From the NCBI GenBank assembly GCA_031267755.1, contig JAIRYP010000014.1, forward strand, positions 2,938 through 66,937: a stretch of DNA of 64,000 nt, given 5' to 3'. The stretch is from Clostridiales bacterium (GTDB lineage: Bacteria; Bacillota; Clostridia; Monoglobales; JAIRYP01). Below the pieces are notes generated by a model. The model saw only the letters and a program-made list of their open reading frames with translations. It did no database searches and was not told where the DNA came from. A program made the position numbers and the translations under genes. Of the stretch, positions 16,288 through 25,630 are shown piece after piece. The stretch's first letter is position 1, and every line of letters begins with the position of its first letter.

Positions 16288-18531
16288 TTAACCAGTTGCT
16301 TGTCCTTGATCTTCATTTTCGCCCCCTTCACCTGTACTGTTATCGTTTGAAGAGTCGTATTGTTCTACATCTTCTTGGTTTACGTTTTCTTCTTCTTCTA
16401 AATTATTTGTTGACTCTTCAGAGTATTCAGCATCTGAAATTTCTAAATCATCATGTACATCGTCAGATGTTTGAGAACTATCTGTAGCAACATTTTCGTT
16501 TTCTGATTGTGTTTCGTTTTCTTCGTTTTTTTTCATTCTTGTTTCAAGTACTTGATTTCGAGTTGGTAAATGATAATAAACCTTATCTGAGAAAAATGCA
16601 TTAGCTTTTTGTTCGTCAGTGTTCATAGTTCCAAAATCGTAAAGTGTCGTGCACATATAACTTGGCGTAAATTTAGTTTTAAGAGGATAGTTACCAAATG
16701 TTACAATAATTGAATTTCCTGTGCTTTCTTGATTATTAAGTTTTTGGAGTTCAGATGGGTATATGAGAGCTCTAGTTTGAACTTGTTGAGATACACTGAC
16801 ATCTCCTCCTTTATCGCCAGTTCCTGATGAAACGCTCGCAGTTTGAACGGTCATATTTCCGCAAAGTTCAGAAAATTCTTTGCATGTTTCGATATCATTT
16901 GAACCTATAAACATTTTTATACCACAGTTACTCTTTATAATGTCCGCAATTGTTTTTGTATAAACATTTTCAAGTTGCGCATAAGATTGAACCACCATAA
17001 TGAACCATATTTTACGGCTTCTACCAACTGTTACCATTTTATCAAATTTATCAATTTTAGGCATATTTCCGAATTCATCAAGAATCATGTAAACATTTCT
17101 TGGAAGAGATAAGTCTTCTCTTACAGATGCAATTTTTATCAAAGCCTTATATATAGAAAGTACAAATACTGCAGCAAGCGGATGTCTTGTATCTTTTTCG
17201 TCTGGTATCTTTAAGAATAAAGCTGTTGGTTTTGAAGCAATTTGACTTGGGTCGATATCTGTTGCTGAAGTTAATGCGCACAATCCTTCATCATTAAACA
17301 TTGACATTTTATCAAACGCAATAGACATATAACTAGCGAGAGTTGTTTCCGCAGCACTCAAAACTTGTTTGCTAAGCGTTACCGCTTTAGATAGTGGATT
17401 TCTACCGCAAAAAAATCTTTTCAATTCTTCAAAATTATTTTCCGAATTTGACAAGGCTTTATTTATATTGAAAAAATTAAATTTATTTTTTGTAAGTTCA
17501 AGTTCTGGGTCTTCGGTATCTTCAAGCATAGCGAGAAGAATAGCAAGAATTATAGATTTTGCACCTTTTTCCCATACGGGATCATCTTTTGATTCAACAG
17601 GGCATAAAACGGAGCACAAATCGTTTAAGTCTTCGTAAGCTTCATCATAATATTTCTGTTTTGTAATTTTTATTTTTGATATTAGTTCATCAACATTTGC
17701 GTATGCCTCGTCGTTGTATTCATGCCAAACCTCGCCGTATTCTTCGGGTTTATTCATAAGCTTAAGCCCAGAGTTTTCGGCTTTGTCACGTCTTTTATAA
17801 AGAACTTTTCCTTCATCAACGTACTTTTGATATAGATCAAAAATAGAGTCAAGTGGATTCCATCTGAAAGAAGAGTACGCATCCCTCAAATCGAGAACCA
17901 TGCAATCGTAACCTCTTTCTTTAAGAAATTTACTATGCATTTGAAAAAGTTCCCCTTTTGGGTCAGTGACAATCATCGATGAACCTGCCGAAGCGTGTCC
18001 GAGTATTTGTATCATCGGATTAATGAAAGTAGTAGTTTTACCACTACCTGTTGCTCCAATGATTAAACAGTGCATTGGCGAAGCTAAATTCAAATGTATG
18101 TCGCCATTTTTAAGTACTGCTCGAACGGGAATTCCGTCTTTTTTGAGTTTTTTTAAGCTGTTAAATTTTGCTGGAGGAAAATACTCATCTCTTTCTTTGT
18201 CGGTCATCCAACGAGAATTTTCAAGATTTGTATTTATTGCTGCCGATTTAGAATTTAATATTCTTTTTCTTTTGGCTGAGGAAGTAGGATTAAATACCAT
18301 ATACATAACAATTGAAAATACAGTAGCTACAGCTCCCGTTACGTAAGTGCTTTTTTCTTTAAACACTGACAAATCCCAAAAAATTCCATATTCCTTATGC
18401 TCCATCTTCAAAAAAACAGGTAGATGCAAATATAAAGTACACAATGTAAAACCAAAAAAAATAATTAAAAATGAAACGAACGCTACCCAACCAAGAATTC
18501 TTTTAGTTAAAGCGTCAGAATATTCACTCAT
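16288..18531 (-). CDS. VirD4/TraG-family type IV coupling protein with a long acidic C-terminal tail
   Basis: 747 aa. GAGGTG RBS and N-terminal TM segments. Walker A is LIIGATGSGKTTTF and Walker B is VYMILDEFGNMP. The MVVQSYAQLE block is typical of TraG/VirD4. The last 90 or so aa are strongly acidic (DDVHDDLEISDAEYSEE...EEEENVNQEDVEQYD). Confidence 0.9.
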   Translation of the reverse strand: MSEYSDALTKRILGWVAFVSFLIIFFGFTLCTLYLHLPVFLKMEHKEYGIFWDLSVFKEKSTYVTGAVATVFSIVMYMVFNPTSSAKRKRILNSKSAAINTNLENSRWMTDKERDEYFPPAKFNSLKKLKKDGIPVRAVLKNGDIHLNLASPMHCLIIGATGSGKTTTFINPMIQILGHASAGSSMIVTDPKGELFQMHSKFLKERGYDCMVLDLRDAYSSFRWNPLDSIFDLYQKYVDEGKVLYKRRDKAENSGLKLMNKPEEYGEVWHEYNDEAYANVDELISKIKITKQKYYDEAYEDLNDLCSVLCPVESKDDPVWEKGAKSIILAILLAMLEDTEDPELELTKNKFNFFNINKALSNSENNFEELKRFFCGRNPLSKAVTLSKQVLSAAETTLASYMSIAFDKMSMFNDEGLCALTSATDIDPSQIASKPTALFLKIPDEKDTRHPLAAVFVLSIYKALIKIASVREDLSLPRNVYMILDEFGNMPKIDKFDKMVTVGRSRKIWFIMVVQSYAQLENVYTKTIADIIKSNCGIKMFIGSNDIETCKEFSELCGNMTVQTASVSSGTGDKGGDVSVSQQVQTRALIYPSELQKLNNQESTGNSIIVTFGNYPLKTKFTPSYMCTTLYDFGTMNTDEQKANAFFSDKVYYHLPTRNQVLETRMKKNEENETQSENENVATDSSQTSDDVHDDLEISDAEYSEESTNNLEEEENVNQEDVEQYDSSNDNSTGEGGENEDQGQATG

Positions 18532-18750
18532 ATCTTCACCTCATTTTATAAAACCAAGACACTTTTTAAGATAATCTTCAATGGGTTAAAAGTATAATAC
18601 ATTTTTTTGAGAAAATTAAATACATATAATCTTTTTTATTAAATTAGTGAATAATATCTAAAAATATTCTAGGAATTAATTTTTTATTGATGGAAATGTA
18701 TAATAAGTATATACAATTTGTAAAATGTCAACCATAAGGAGAGGTTTATT

Positions 18751-19857
18751 GTGAGAAAAATTAAAAGAATTGGGATTTTGACGGGTGGCGGAGATTGTTC
18801 GGGTTTAAATGCAGTGATACGTTCGGCTACAAAAACTGCAATCTTGAAATATGAAATTGAAGTTATTGGAATAAAATATGGTTATAGGGGTTTGTTTTTG
18901 GGTGGAGAAAATTTTATAAACCTTGATTTGCCAACAGTTTCAGGGTTGTTGCCAACAGGCGGAACCATTTTATTTAGTTCAAATAAGGATAATTTGTTTG
19001 ATTATACTTATGAAGAAAATGGAATTACAAAACATGGTGATGTTTCGCATGTTGGAATTGAAAATTTAAAAAAAGCCGGAATAGATGCTTTAGTTGTTGT
19101 TGGAGGGGATGGAACACTTACAAGTGCTTTAGATTTTTATAAAAAAGGAGTAAATGTTGTAGGAGTACCTAAAACTATTGATAATGATCTTTCTTCTACC
19201 GATACAACATTTGGGTTCGATACAGCAGTTCATGTCGCAACAGAATCTATTGATAGGCTTCGCACGACTGCGAGGTCGCATAGCAGAATAATCGTAGTGG
19301 AAGTTATGGGAAGATATGCGGGATGGATAGCTTTAGATTCTGGTATTGCTGGTGGCGTTGATGTAATTTTAATACCTGAAATACCATATGACATAGATGT
19401 AGTAATAAAACATTTAAAAACTAATCTTCAACGCGGAAAAGATAATGCGATTGTTGTGGTTTCAGAGGGCGCTAAATCAATAGGAGGAGAAGTTGTTGTA
19501 AGCCGAATTGTTGAAAATAGTCCTGATCCAATTCGTTTAGGAGGAATCGGAAATATTGTAGCCGAAAAACTTGAAGATGCTGTGGGTCTTGAGTCGAGAG
19601 TTACTGTACTTGGCCATGTTCAACGAGGAGGCATTCCAACTGCTAATGATAGAATTTTATCAACCAGATATGGGAGTGCCGCTATAGAGCTTGTTATGGA
19701 AGAAAAATTTGGAAATATGGTAGTGTTATTAGGAAATGAAATGTCTTCTGCTCCTTTTGAGGAAGTTATAAATAAAAATAAATTTGTTAATCCAAAAGGA
19801 GAAATTGTCGAAACTGCTAAAAGCGTTGGAATATGCTTTGGAAGTGCTGAAGAATAA
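18751..19857 (+). CDS. pfkA: 6-phosphofructokinase (ATP- or PPi-dependent, PfkA family)
   Basis: 368 aa. GTG start after AAGGAGAGG. Motifs are GILTGGGDCSGLNAVIR, VVVGGDGTL, PKTIDNDL and MGRYAGW. Confidence 0.88.
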   Translation: MRKIKRIGILTGGGDCSGLNAVIRSATKTAILKYEIEVIGIKYGYRGLFLGGENFINLDLPTVSGLLPTGGTILFSSNKDNLFDYTYEENGITKHGDVSHVGIENLKKAGIDALVVVGGDGTLTSALDFYKKGVNVVGVPKTIDNDLSSTDTTFGFDTAVHVATESIDRLRTTARSHSRIIVVEVMGRYAGWIALDSGIAGGVDVILIPEIPYDIDVVIKHLKTNLQRGKDNAIVVVSEGAKSIGGEVVVSRIVENSPDPIRLGGIGNIVAEKLEDAVGLESRVTVLGHVQRGGIPTANDRILSTRYGSAAIELVMEEKFGNMVVLLGNEMSSAPFEEVINKNKFVNPKGEIVETAKSVGICFGSAEE

Positions 19858-19863
19858 TTTTTT

Positions 19864-19890
19864 GATTTCAATTTATTAAATATTGAAATT
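19864..19890 (+). terminator. Weak AT-only hairpin after pfkA
   Basis: gatttcaat (19864..19872) pairs with attgaaatt (19882..19890), including one G-U pair, around a 9-nt loop. An A/T-rich tail follows. No GC pairs, so this is weak. Confidence 0.25.
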
Positions 19891-19923
19891 AAAAATTTAG
19901 TTAAGTGTTAAGGAGCCAAGTTA

Positions 19924-22191
19924 ATGAGAATTCTTATGGCTTTGATGAATTTTGATGTTGGCGGCGCTGAAACTCATGTCTTGGAACTTTCAAAGTCTTT
20001 GAAAGAGTGTGGTAATGAAGTTTTTGTTGCATCAAACGGAGGAGCATATGTTAAATTTCTTGAGAAAAATGACATAAAACATTTTAAAGTCCCAATGCAT
20101 AGTAAAAAATTATTCAATATTTTAAAATCACTTTTTAAGATAAAAGAAATAATTGAAAAAGAAAATATAAATATAATTCATGCGCACGCTCGAATACCTG
20201 CTTTTTTATGCGGAATTTTGTTTAGGTTTTTTAATAAAACAAATAAATTTAATTTTGTAACAACTATTCATGGTTGTTTTAAATGCGGTTTTTTAACAAA
20301 AAGATTTACTAATTGGGGAGAAAAGACGTTAGCAGTTAGCGAAGATTTAAAAATGTATTTAGTTAAAAATTATAAAATTCAAGAAAAAAATATAAAATTA
20401 ACTGTAAATGGTATAAATGCGAAAAAGTTCTCTGGTGTGGAAGAAGATTCTTCTTTTTGTAGAAACAGTTCGATAGATGATTTGGTTACAAATAATATCC
20501 AAAACATTTTACATGTGAGTCGTTTAACTTTTAAAACTGATTTAGTAGCAAATAAAATTATTGAAGTTGCTGAAGAACTTAGTTTAAAAATAAAAAATTT
20601 AGAAATTACAATTGTTGGAAACGGTAATGCTTTTAAATCAATTCAAAAAAAGGTAAAAAAAATTAATTTAAAACATAAAAAAGAAATTATAAAACTTGTA
20701 GGAAACCAAACAAATATAAAAAATTTTCTTAGTCGATCAAAAATATTTATTGGAGTGAGCCGTGCAGCGCTTGAAGCTATGTCTTTTGGAAAGCCTGTGA
20801 TATTAGCTGGACAAGAGGGTTATCTTGGAATATTTAATAAGAGTAAAATAAAAGTTGCGGCATTTAGCAATTTTTGTTGTAGGAAATGCGGGCAAATTGA
20901 AAATAAAATTTTTGCAAACGACATTTTTAAGTTAATTAATTTAGAAGAAAAAAAAATAAGGGAAATGGAAATTTTTAATAAAAGAATAGTTAATTTAAAC
21001 TATTCTGTGAAAAAAATGAGGAACGATGCTTTAGAAGTTTACAAAGAAGTTGTGAAAAATGATAATCTTTCAAAAAATAGAGGACGTAAAGATAATGACG
21101 TTTTAATTTCTGGATATTATGGTTATAGAAATAATGGAGATGAATCAATTTTAGAAGCTATTATTAACGATTTAAAAGAATTAAAACCTGATATAAAAAT
21201 TGTAGTTTTATCTTCCAAACCACTAAAAACAAGCCTGATATGCGGCGTTAAATCGGTAAATAGATTTTCATTGTTAAAAATTTTTAAGATTTTAAATAGA
21301 ACTAAATTGTTGATAAGTGGAGGAGGATGTTTAATTCAGGATGAAACGAGCACTAGGTCACTTTTATATTATCTTTTAATAATTAAGATTGCTCAAATTA
21401 AAAAAGCAAAAGTTATGCTTTACGCAAATGGAATAGGTCCAATAAAAAATGAAAAGAATAAAATAATTACAAAAAAAATTCTTAATCAATGTGATGTAAT
21501 AACAGTTCGTGATCCTATTTCTCAAGATGAAATTAAAAATTTGTCTATAGATAAACCAAAAATTTTACTTACAGCGGATCCAATTTTTTCATTTAGTTTT
21601 TGTCAAAAAAAAGAAGTAAATATCTTAAAAAATTTAAATATAAAAATTCCTTATTTTATAATTACGGTGAGAGACTTAAAGTTTGAAAAGGACAATCTTT
21701 TAAAAGCAGTTTTGAAATTTTGTGATTATGTTTTAGAAAAATATAAAATTGGTGTTATACCTATATCAATGCACTATGAACAGGATGTTAAAATTTCTAA
21801 AAAAATATTAAAAAATGTCAATTCAAAAATTAGAAATATAAGTAGAGAATTTAAAACTTATGAAATAATTCAGCTTATAAAAAACTCTGAATTCGTTGTT
21901 GGGATGAGACTTCATTCAATCATGTATGCTTATTTAGTTAATGTTCCTTTTATCGGTATCATATGTAATGAAAAAATTAGATCTTTTATTATTTCAAATT
22001 GTAAGAATTATAAAAACAGTTGCGAAATGAAAAATATAAGTTTTGAAAAATTAAAAAATTGTGTTGAAAGTGTTATGAAGGATAAAAAAGAAAAAAATAA
22101 TAATTTTGAGAATATAATAATACAAAAAGAAAAATCTAAATTGAATGCAAAAATTGCAGTAGAAATGATTGAAAAATATAACGATTCTTAA
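19924..22191 (+). CDS. Fusion of a GT4-type glycosyltransferase with a CsaB-like polysaccharide pyruvyl transferase
   Basis: 755 aa. The N-terminal half resembles GT4/GT1 enzymes (NFDVGGAETHV...SRAALEAMSFGKPVI). The C-terminal half carries ISGYYGYRNNGDESILEAII and RLHS motifs typical of CsaB/pyruvyl transferases. Confidence 0.7.
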   Translation: MRILMALMNFDVGGAETHVLELSKSLKECGNEVFVASNGGAYVKFLEKNDIKHFKVPMHSKKLFNILKSLFKIKEIIEKENINIIHAHARIPAFLCGILFRFFNKTNKFNFVTTIHGCFKCGFLTKRFTNWGEKTLAVSEDLKMYLVKNYKIQEKNIKLTVNGINAKKFSGVEEDSSFCRNSSIDDLVTNNIQNILHVSRLTFKTDLVANKIIEVAEELSLKIKNLEITIVGNGNAFKSIQKKVKKINLKHKKEIIKLVGNQTNIKNFLSRSKIFIGVSRAALEAMSFGKPVILAGQEGYLGIFNKSKIKVAAFSNFCCRKCGQIENKIFANDIFKLINLEEKKIREMEIFNKRIVNLNYSVKKMRNDALEVYKEVVKNDNLSKNRGRKDNDVLISGYYGYRNNGDESILEAIINDLKELKPDIKIVVLSSKPLKTSLICGVKSVNRFSLLKIFKILNRTKLLISGGGCLIQDETSTRSLLYYLLIIKIAQIKKAKVMLYANGIGPIKNEKNKIITKKILNQCDVITVRDPISQDEIKNLSIDKPKILLTADPIFSFSFCQKKEVNILKNLNIKIPYFIITVRDLKFEKDNLLKAVLKFCDYVLEKYKIGVIPISMHYEQDVKISKKILKNVNSKIRNISREFKTYEIIQLIKNSEFVVGMRLHSIMYAYLVNVPFIGIICNEKIRSFIISNCKNYKNSCEMKNISFEKLKNCVESVMKDKKEKNNNFENIIIQKEKSKLNAKIAVEMIEKYNDS

Positions 22192-22226
22192 AGATTAAAA
22201 TGAAATATAAATTTATTTTGAAAAAT

Positions 22227-22808
22227 TTATTTTTCCTTGCTGCCCGGTTTAATGAGTGGAATGTTTTCTTTGCAAAAAGGACACTCGTCTTTATCAAAAG
22301 TTTTTATTTTTACTTTTAAAACGCTTTCAAATGGTATTTCAAAATTGTTTTTTTTGTTTTGTCTGTCTATAATCATTCCAATTCCTAATATATTTGCTTG
22401 ATTTTTTTTTAAGATTTCGATTATTTCTTTGACGCTTCCTCCGGTAGTTATTACGTCTTCAACTATTAAAACATTTTCATTACTTTTAATTGAAAAGCTT
22501 CTTCCCAAAACCATTTTTCCATTTTTTCTTTCGCCAAATACACTTCTAATTCCGAGTTGACGCGCAATTTCATACGATAATAGAATTGCCCCTATTGCAG
22601 GGCCAATCACCACATCAATTCTTGTTTTTATTGAGTTTTTAATTTTTTGAACAAGTTGAGAACAAATAATTTCGCTTTGATCAGGATATTCAAATATTTT
22701 TGCACATTGCATATATTTTCCGCTATGTTTGCCCGAAGTTAGTAAAAAATGTCCTTCAAGCAGGACATTCGTTTTTTCTAGTATTTTCTTAATTTCTTTT
22801 TCGTCCAC
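22227..22808 (-). CDS. pyrE: Orotate phosphoribosyltransferase
   Basis: 193 aa with the PRPP-binding loop VLIVEDVITTGGS and LLEGHFLLTSGKHS at the N-terminus. Confidence 0.88.
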   Translation of the reverse strand: MDEKEIKKILEKTNVLLEGHFLLTSGKHSGKYMQCAKIFEYPDQSEIICSQLVQKIKNSIKTRIDVVIGPAIGAILLSYEIARQLGIRSVFGERKNGKMVLGRSFSIKSNENVLIVEDVITTGGSVKEIIEILKKNQANILGIGMIIDRQNKKNNFEIPFESVLKVKIKTFDKDECPFCKENIPLIKPGSKEK

Positions 22809-22872
22809 TTGTTCTCCTAAATTTTAAAACTTTAAAAAATAATTTTTGAAGCTAATTTTGGTCTTGAATTGT

Positions 22873-25341
22873 TTATTCTTCAAACTTTATGTGTTTTAAA
22901 CGGTCTTTGGTTTCCGCTTTTTTGGCGTCATTAAATCTGTCGAGTGTTCCAACCAAATAGCCGGTGATACGCCTAATTCGTTCTATATTAAATTTTTTGT
23001 CTTCTTCAACGTTTCTATTACAACCTGGACAAATATTATCAATAATGCCAGTATAACCACATTTTGGGTCTCTATCCACCGGGTGATTTATGCTCCCATA
23101 GCCAATCCCCGATTCTTTCATAAACCTAATTATTTGTTCAAATGCTTCTAAATTTTTTGATGGATCGCCATCAACTTCAACATAAGATATGTGCCCAGCG
23201 TTTGTTAATGCATGATACGGCGCCTCAATTTTGATTTTTTCAAATATATCTATATCATAATAAACTGGTACATGGAAAGAGTTTGTGTAATATTCTCTAT
23301 CTGTAATTTCAGGTATAATTCCATATTTTTCCTTATCTATTTTAACAAATCTTCCAGAAAGCCCCTCAGCAGGTGTTGCGAGAAGCGAAAAATTCATGTT
23401 ATATTCTTCGGATTTCAAATCCATTTGACGTCTCATAAAACCGATTATTTCAAGGCCAAGATTTTGGGAAATTTGAGATTCTCCATGATGATATCCAGTT
23501 AAGGATTTTAGACATTCACCAAGCCCTATAAACCCAACTGATAATGTACCATGTTTTAAAATTTCTCCAATTTCATCATCAACTCTTAATTTTTCAGAGT
23601 CAATCCAAATTCCTTGACCCATAAGAAAAGGAAAATTTTTAATTTTTTTTGAACTTTGAATGCTATATCTGTGGAGCAATTGTTCAACACATAGTTCGAT
23701 TTTTCTTTTCAGGTTTTCAAAAAATATATCTAAATCTCCATGAGAATTGATTGCAATTCTTGGTAAATTTATAGTTGTAAAGCTTAAATTTCCACGCCCA
23801 TAAGTGATTTCTCTAGTTTTGTCATAATTGTTTGCTAAAGCTCTAGTTCTGCAGCCCATGTATGAAACTTCGGTTTCGGGAAATCCTGATTTATAATAAC
23901 TAAGATTAAATGGTGCATCTAAAAATGAAAAATTTGGAAATAGTCTTTTTGCGGAAACTCGGCAAGCAAGTTTAAACAAATCATAATTCGGGTCGTCTTT
24001 ATTATAATTTATTCCTTCTTTAACTTTGAAAATATGTATTGGGAATATTGGGGTTTCACCATTTCCAAGTCCTGATTCTGTTGCTAAAAGAATATTTTTT
24101 ATAACCATTCTTCCTTCAAGTGAGAAATCCGTTCCATAATTAATTGAGCTAAATGGAACTTGAGCTCCTGCGCGCGAGTGCATAGTGTTAAGATTGTGCA
24201 CTAATGCTTCCATAGCTTGATATGTTGCTTTATCAGTTTCCTCAAAAGTACGTTTTTTGCAAAAATTTTGAATTTTTTGAACTAAGTCATCATTACAAAA
24301 ATTTAAGAGTTTTTGTCGCTCAGCTTTTATATATTCTTCTTGATTTTCTAGTTTTGGAAATAAACCGTTTTCTTCTTCAATCTCGCCAACAATGTTTTTT
24401 GCTAAAATATGAAATAAATTTTTATTTTCAAAAAATTTGGTTTCGAAATTTGTTCGTGTACGATTTTTTTCAGAATAATTATTTTGCATTAATTCTTTTT
24501 TAACTTTTAGAATGTTGGAATCATCGCACAACAATTCTAATGATTTAGAAAGATTTTTGATGTATAATTTTCTATACGTTTTTAAAACTCCATCTGCTAA
24601 TCCATAATCAAAGTTTGGAATACTTTGCCCGCCGTGCTGATCATTTTGATTTGCCTGAATTGCAATACAAGTAAGCGCTGAATAGCTTAATATGTCGTTT
24701 GGTTCTCGCAAAAATCCGTGCCCTGTTCCAAAACCTTTTTTGAGTAATTTTTTTATATCTATTTGACAACAGGTTGTTGTAAGAGGATAAAAATCCAGAT
24801 CATGTATATGTATATCACCATTTCTGTGCGCTTCTGCGTGTTCAGGTTCAAGAATAAAAATTCTGTAAAATTTTTTTGCACTTTCTGAGCCAAATTTAAG
24901 CATGGTGCCCATAGCCGTATCACCATCGATATTTGCATTTTCTCGCTTTATATCGCTTTTTTTAGCGTCATCAGTTATTAATTTTGTAAATATTTTCATA
25001 AGTTCTGTATTAATTTCTCGTTGTTTTGTGCGTTCTGCTCTGTACAATATATATTCTTTAGCTGTTCTTGAGTGTCCATTTTTTATTAGAACTTTTTCGA
25101 CAACATCTTGAATTTTTTCAACATTTGGTGTTTTTATTCCAAGTTCTTTTAAGTGCAATGTAACTTCTTTAGCCAGAATCAGAGCAGCGCCATAATCATT
25201 TCCACCAACTTTTTTTGCGGCATTATATATTGCATCCGCAATTTTATTCAGCTTGAATTCAACAGTTCTTCCGTCTCGTTTTTTTATATTTAAAATTTCT
25301 GTTGTTTCGTAATTGTTTTCAAGAATCATTAATTTATTCAT
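22873..25341 (-). CDS. nrdD: Anaerobic ribonucleoside-triphosphate reductase (class III)
   Basis: 822 aa. N-terminal ATP-cone (IKKRDGRTVEFKLNKI), a C-terminal Cys cluster (CGYTG...CPGC) and the glycyl-radical motif RITGYLVG. No nrdG is adjacent. Confidence 0.92.
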   Translation of the reverse strand: MNKLMILENNYETTEILNIKKRDGRTVEFKLNKIADAIYNAAKKVGGNDYGAALILAKEVTLHLKELGIKTPNVEKIQDVVEKVLIKNGHSRTAKEYILYRAERTKQREINTELMKIFTKLITDDAKKSDIKRENANIDGDTAMGTMLKFGSESAKKFYRIFILEPEHAEAHRNGDIHIHDLDFYPLTTTCCQIDIKKLLKKGFGTGHGFLREPNDILSYSALTCIAIQANQNDQHGGQSIPNFDYGLADGVLKTYRKLYIKNLSKSLELLCDDSNILKVKKELMQNNYSEKNRTRTNFETKFFENKNLFHILAKNIVGEIEEENGLFPKLENQEEYIKAERQKLLNFCNDDLVQKIQNFCKKRTFEETDKATYQAMEALVHNLNTMHSRAGAQVPFSSINYGTDFSLEGRMVIKNILLATESGLGNGETPIFPIHIFKVKEGINYNKDDPNYDLFKLACRVSAKRLFPNFSFLDAPFNLSYYKSGFPETEVSYMGCRTRALANNYDKTREITYGRGNLSFTTINLPRIAINSHGDLDIFFENLKRKIELCVEQLLHRYSIQSSKKIKNFPFLMGQGIWIDSEKLRVDDEIGEILKHGTLSVGFIGLGECLKSLTGYHHGESQISQNLGLEIIGFMRRQMDLKSEEYNMNFSLLATPAEGLSGRFVKIDKEKYGIIPEITDREYYTNSFHVPVYYDIDIFEKIKIEAPYHALTNAGHISYVEVDGDPSKNLEAFEQIIRFMKESGIGYGSINHPVDRDPKCGYTGIIDNICPGCNRNVEEDKKFNIERIRRITGYLVGTLDRFNDAKKAETKDRLKHIKFEE

Positions 25342-25630
25342 CTTCTTCTCCTCTGTTTTAAGAATTATAATTTTTAACTCTATTCTTAGTCAAATTAAAA
25401 AATTCTGACGTTTTATGCATAAAGGAAATTTAATACTAAAATTGTCTATAAACGAAAAAGAGATAGTTAAAAAATTTTATGTTAAATAACTTGAAAAATG
25501 AAATAAAAATAAAATTACAAATTTAAATTTATTATAAAAATTAGTATACAATATCTTAAAAGTGTGTTTGTACTTTTTAAAGTGTTACAATTAACTTTGA
25601 TTGCTATTTTTAACTGAGGCGAATTTTAAA

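Noticed and set aside
2860-18531. Interpreted the T4SS array as an ordinary ICE, conjugative transposon or prophage.
   Set aside because: There is no integrase, relaxase, excisionase, replication gene or phage structural gene. No flanking repeats or compositional shift are visible. The only tRNA (28341) is about 10 kb away, with housekeeping genes in between. This cannot be fully excluded, because mobility genes could lie outside the window beyond dapB.
25541-25630. Looked for an NrdR box or Fur box in the nrdD / feoAB divergent region.
   Set aside because: The best NrdR-like 16-mer (on the minus strand around 25553..25575) matches only about 10 of 16 consensus positions. No convincing 7-1-7 Fur palindrome is present. 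In this AT-rich background that is not distinguishable from chance.
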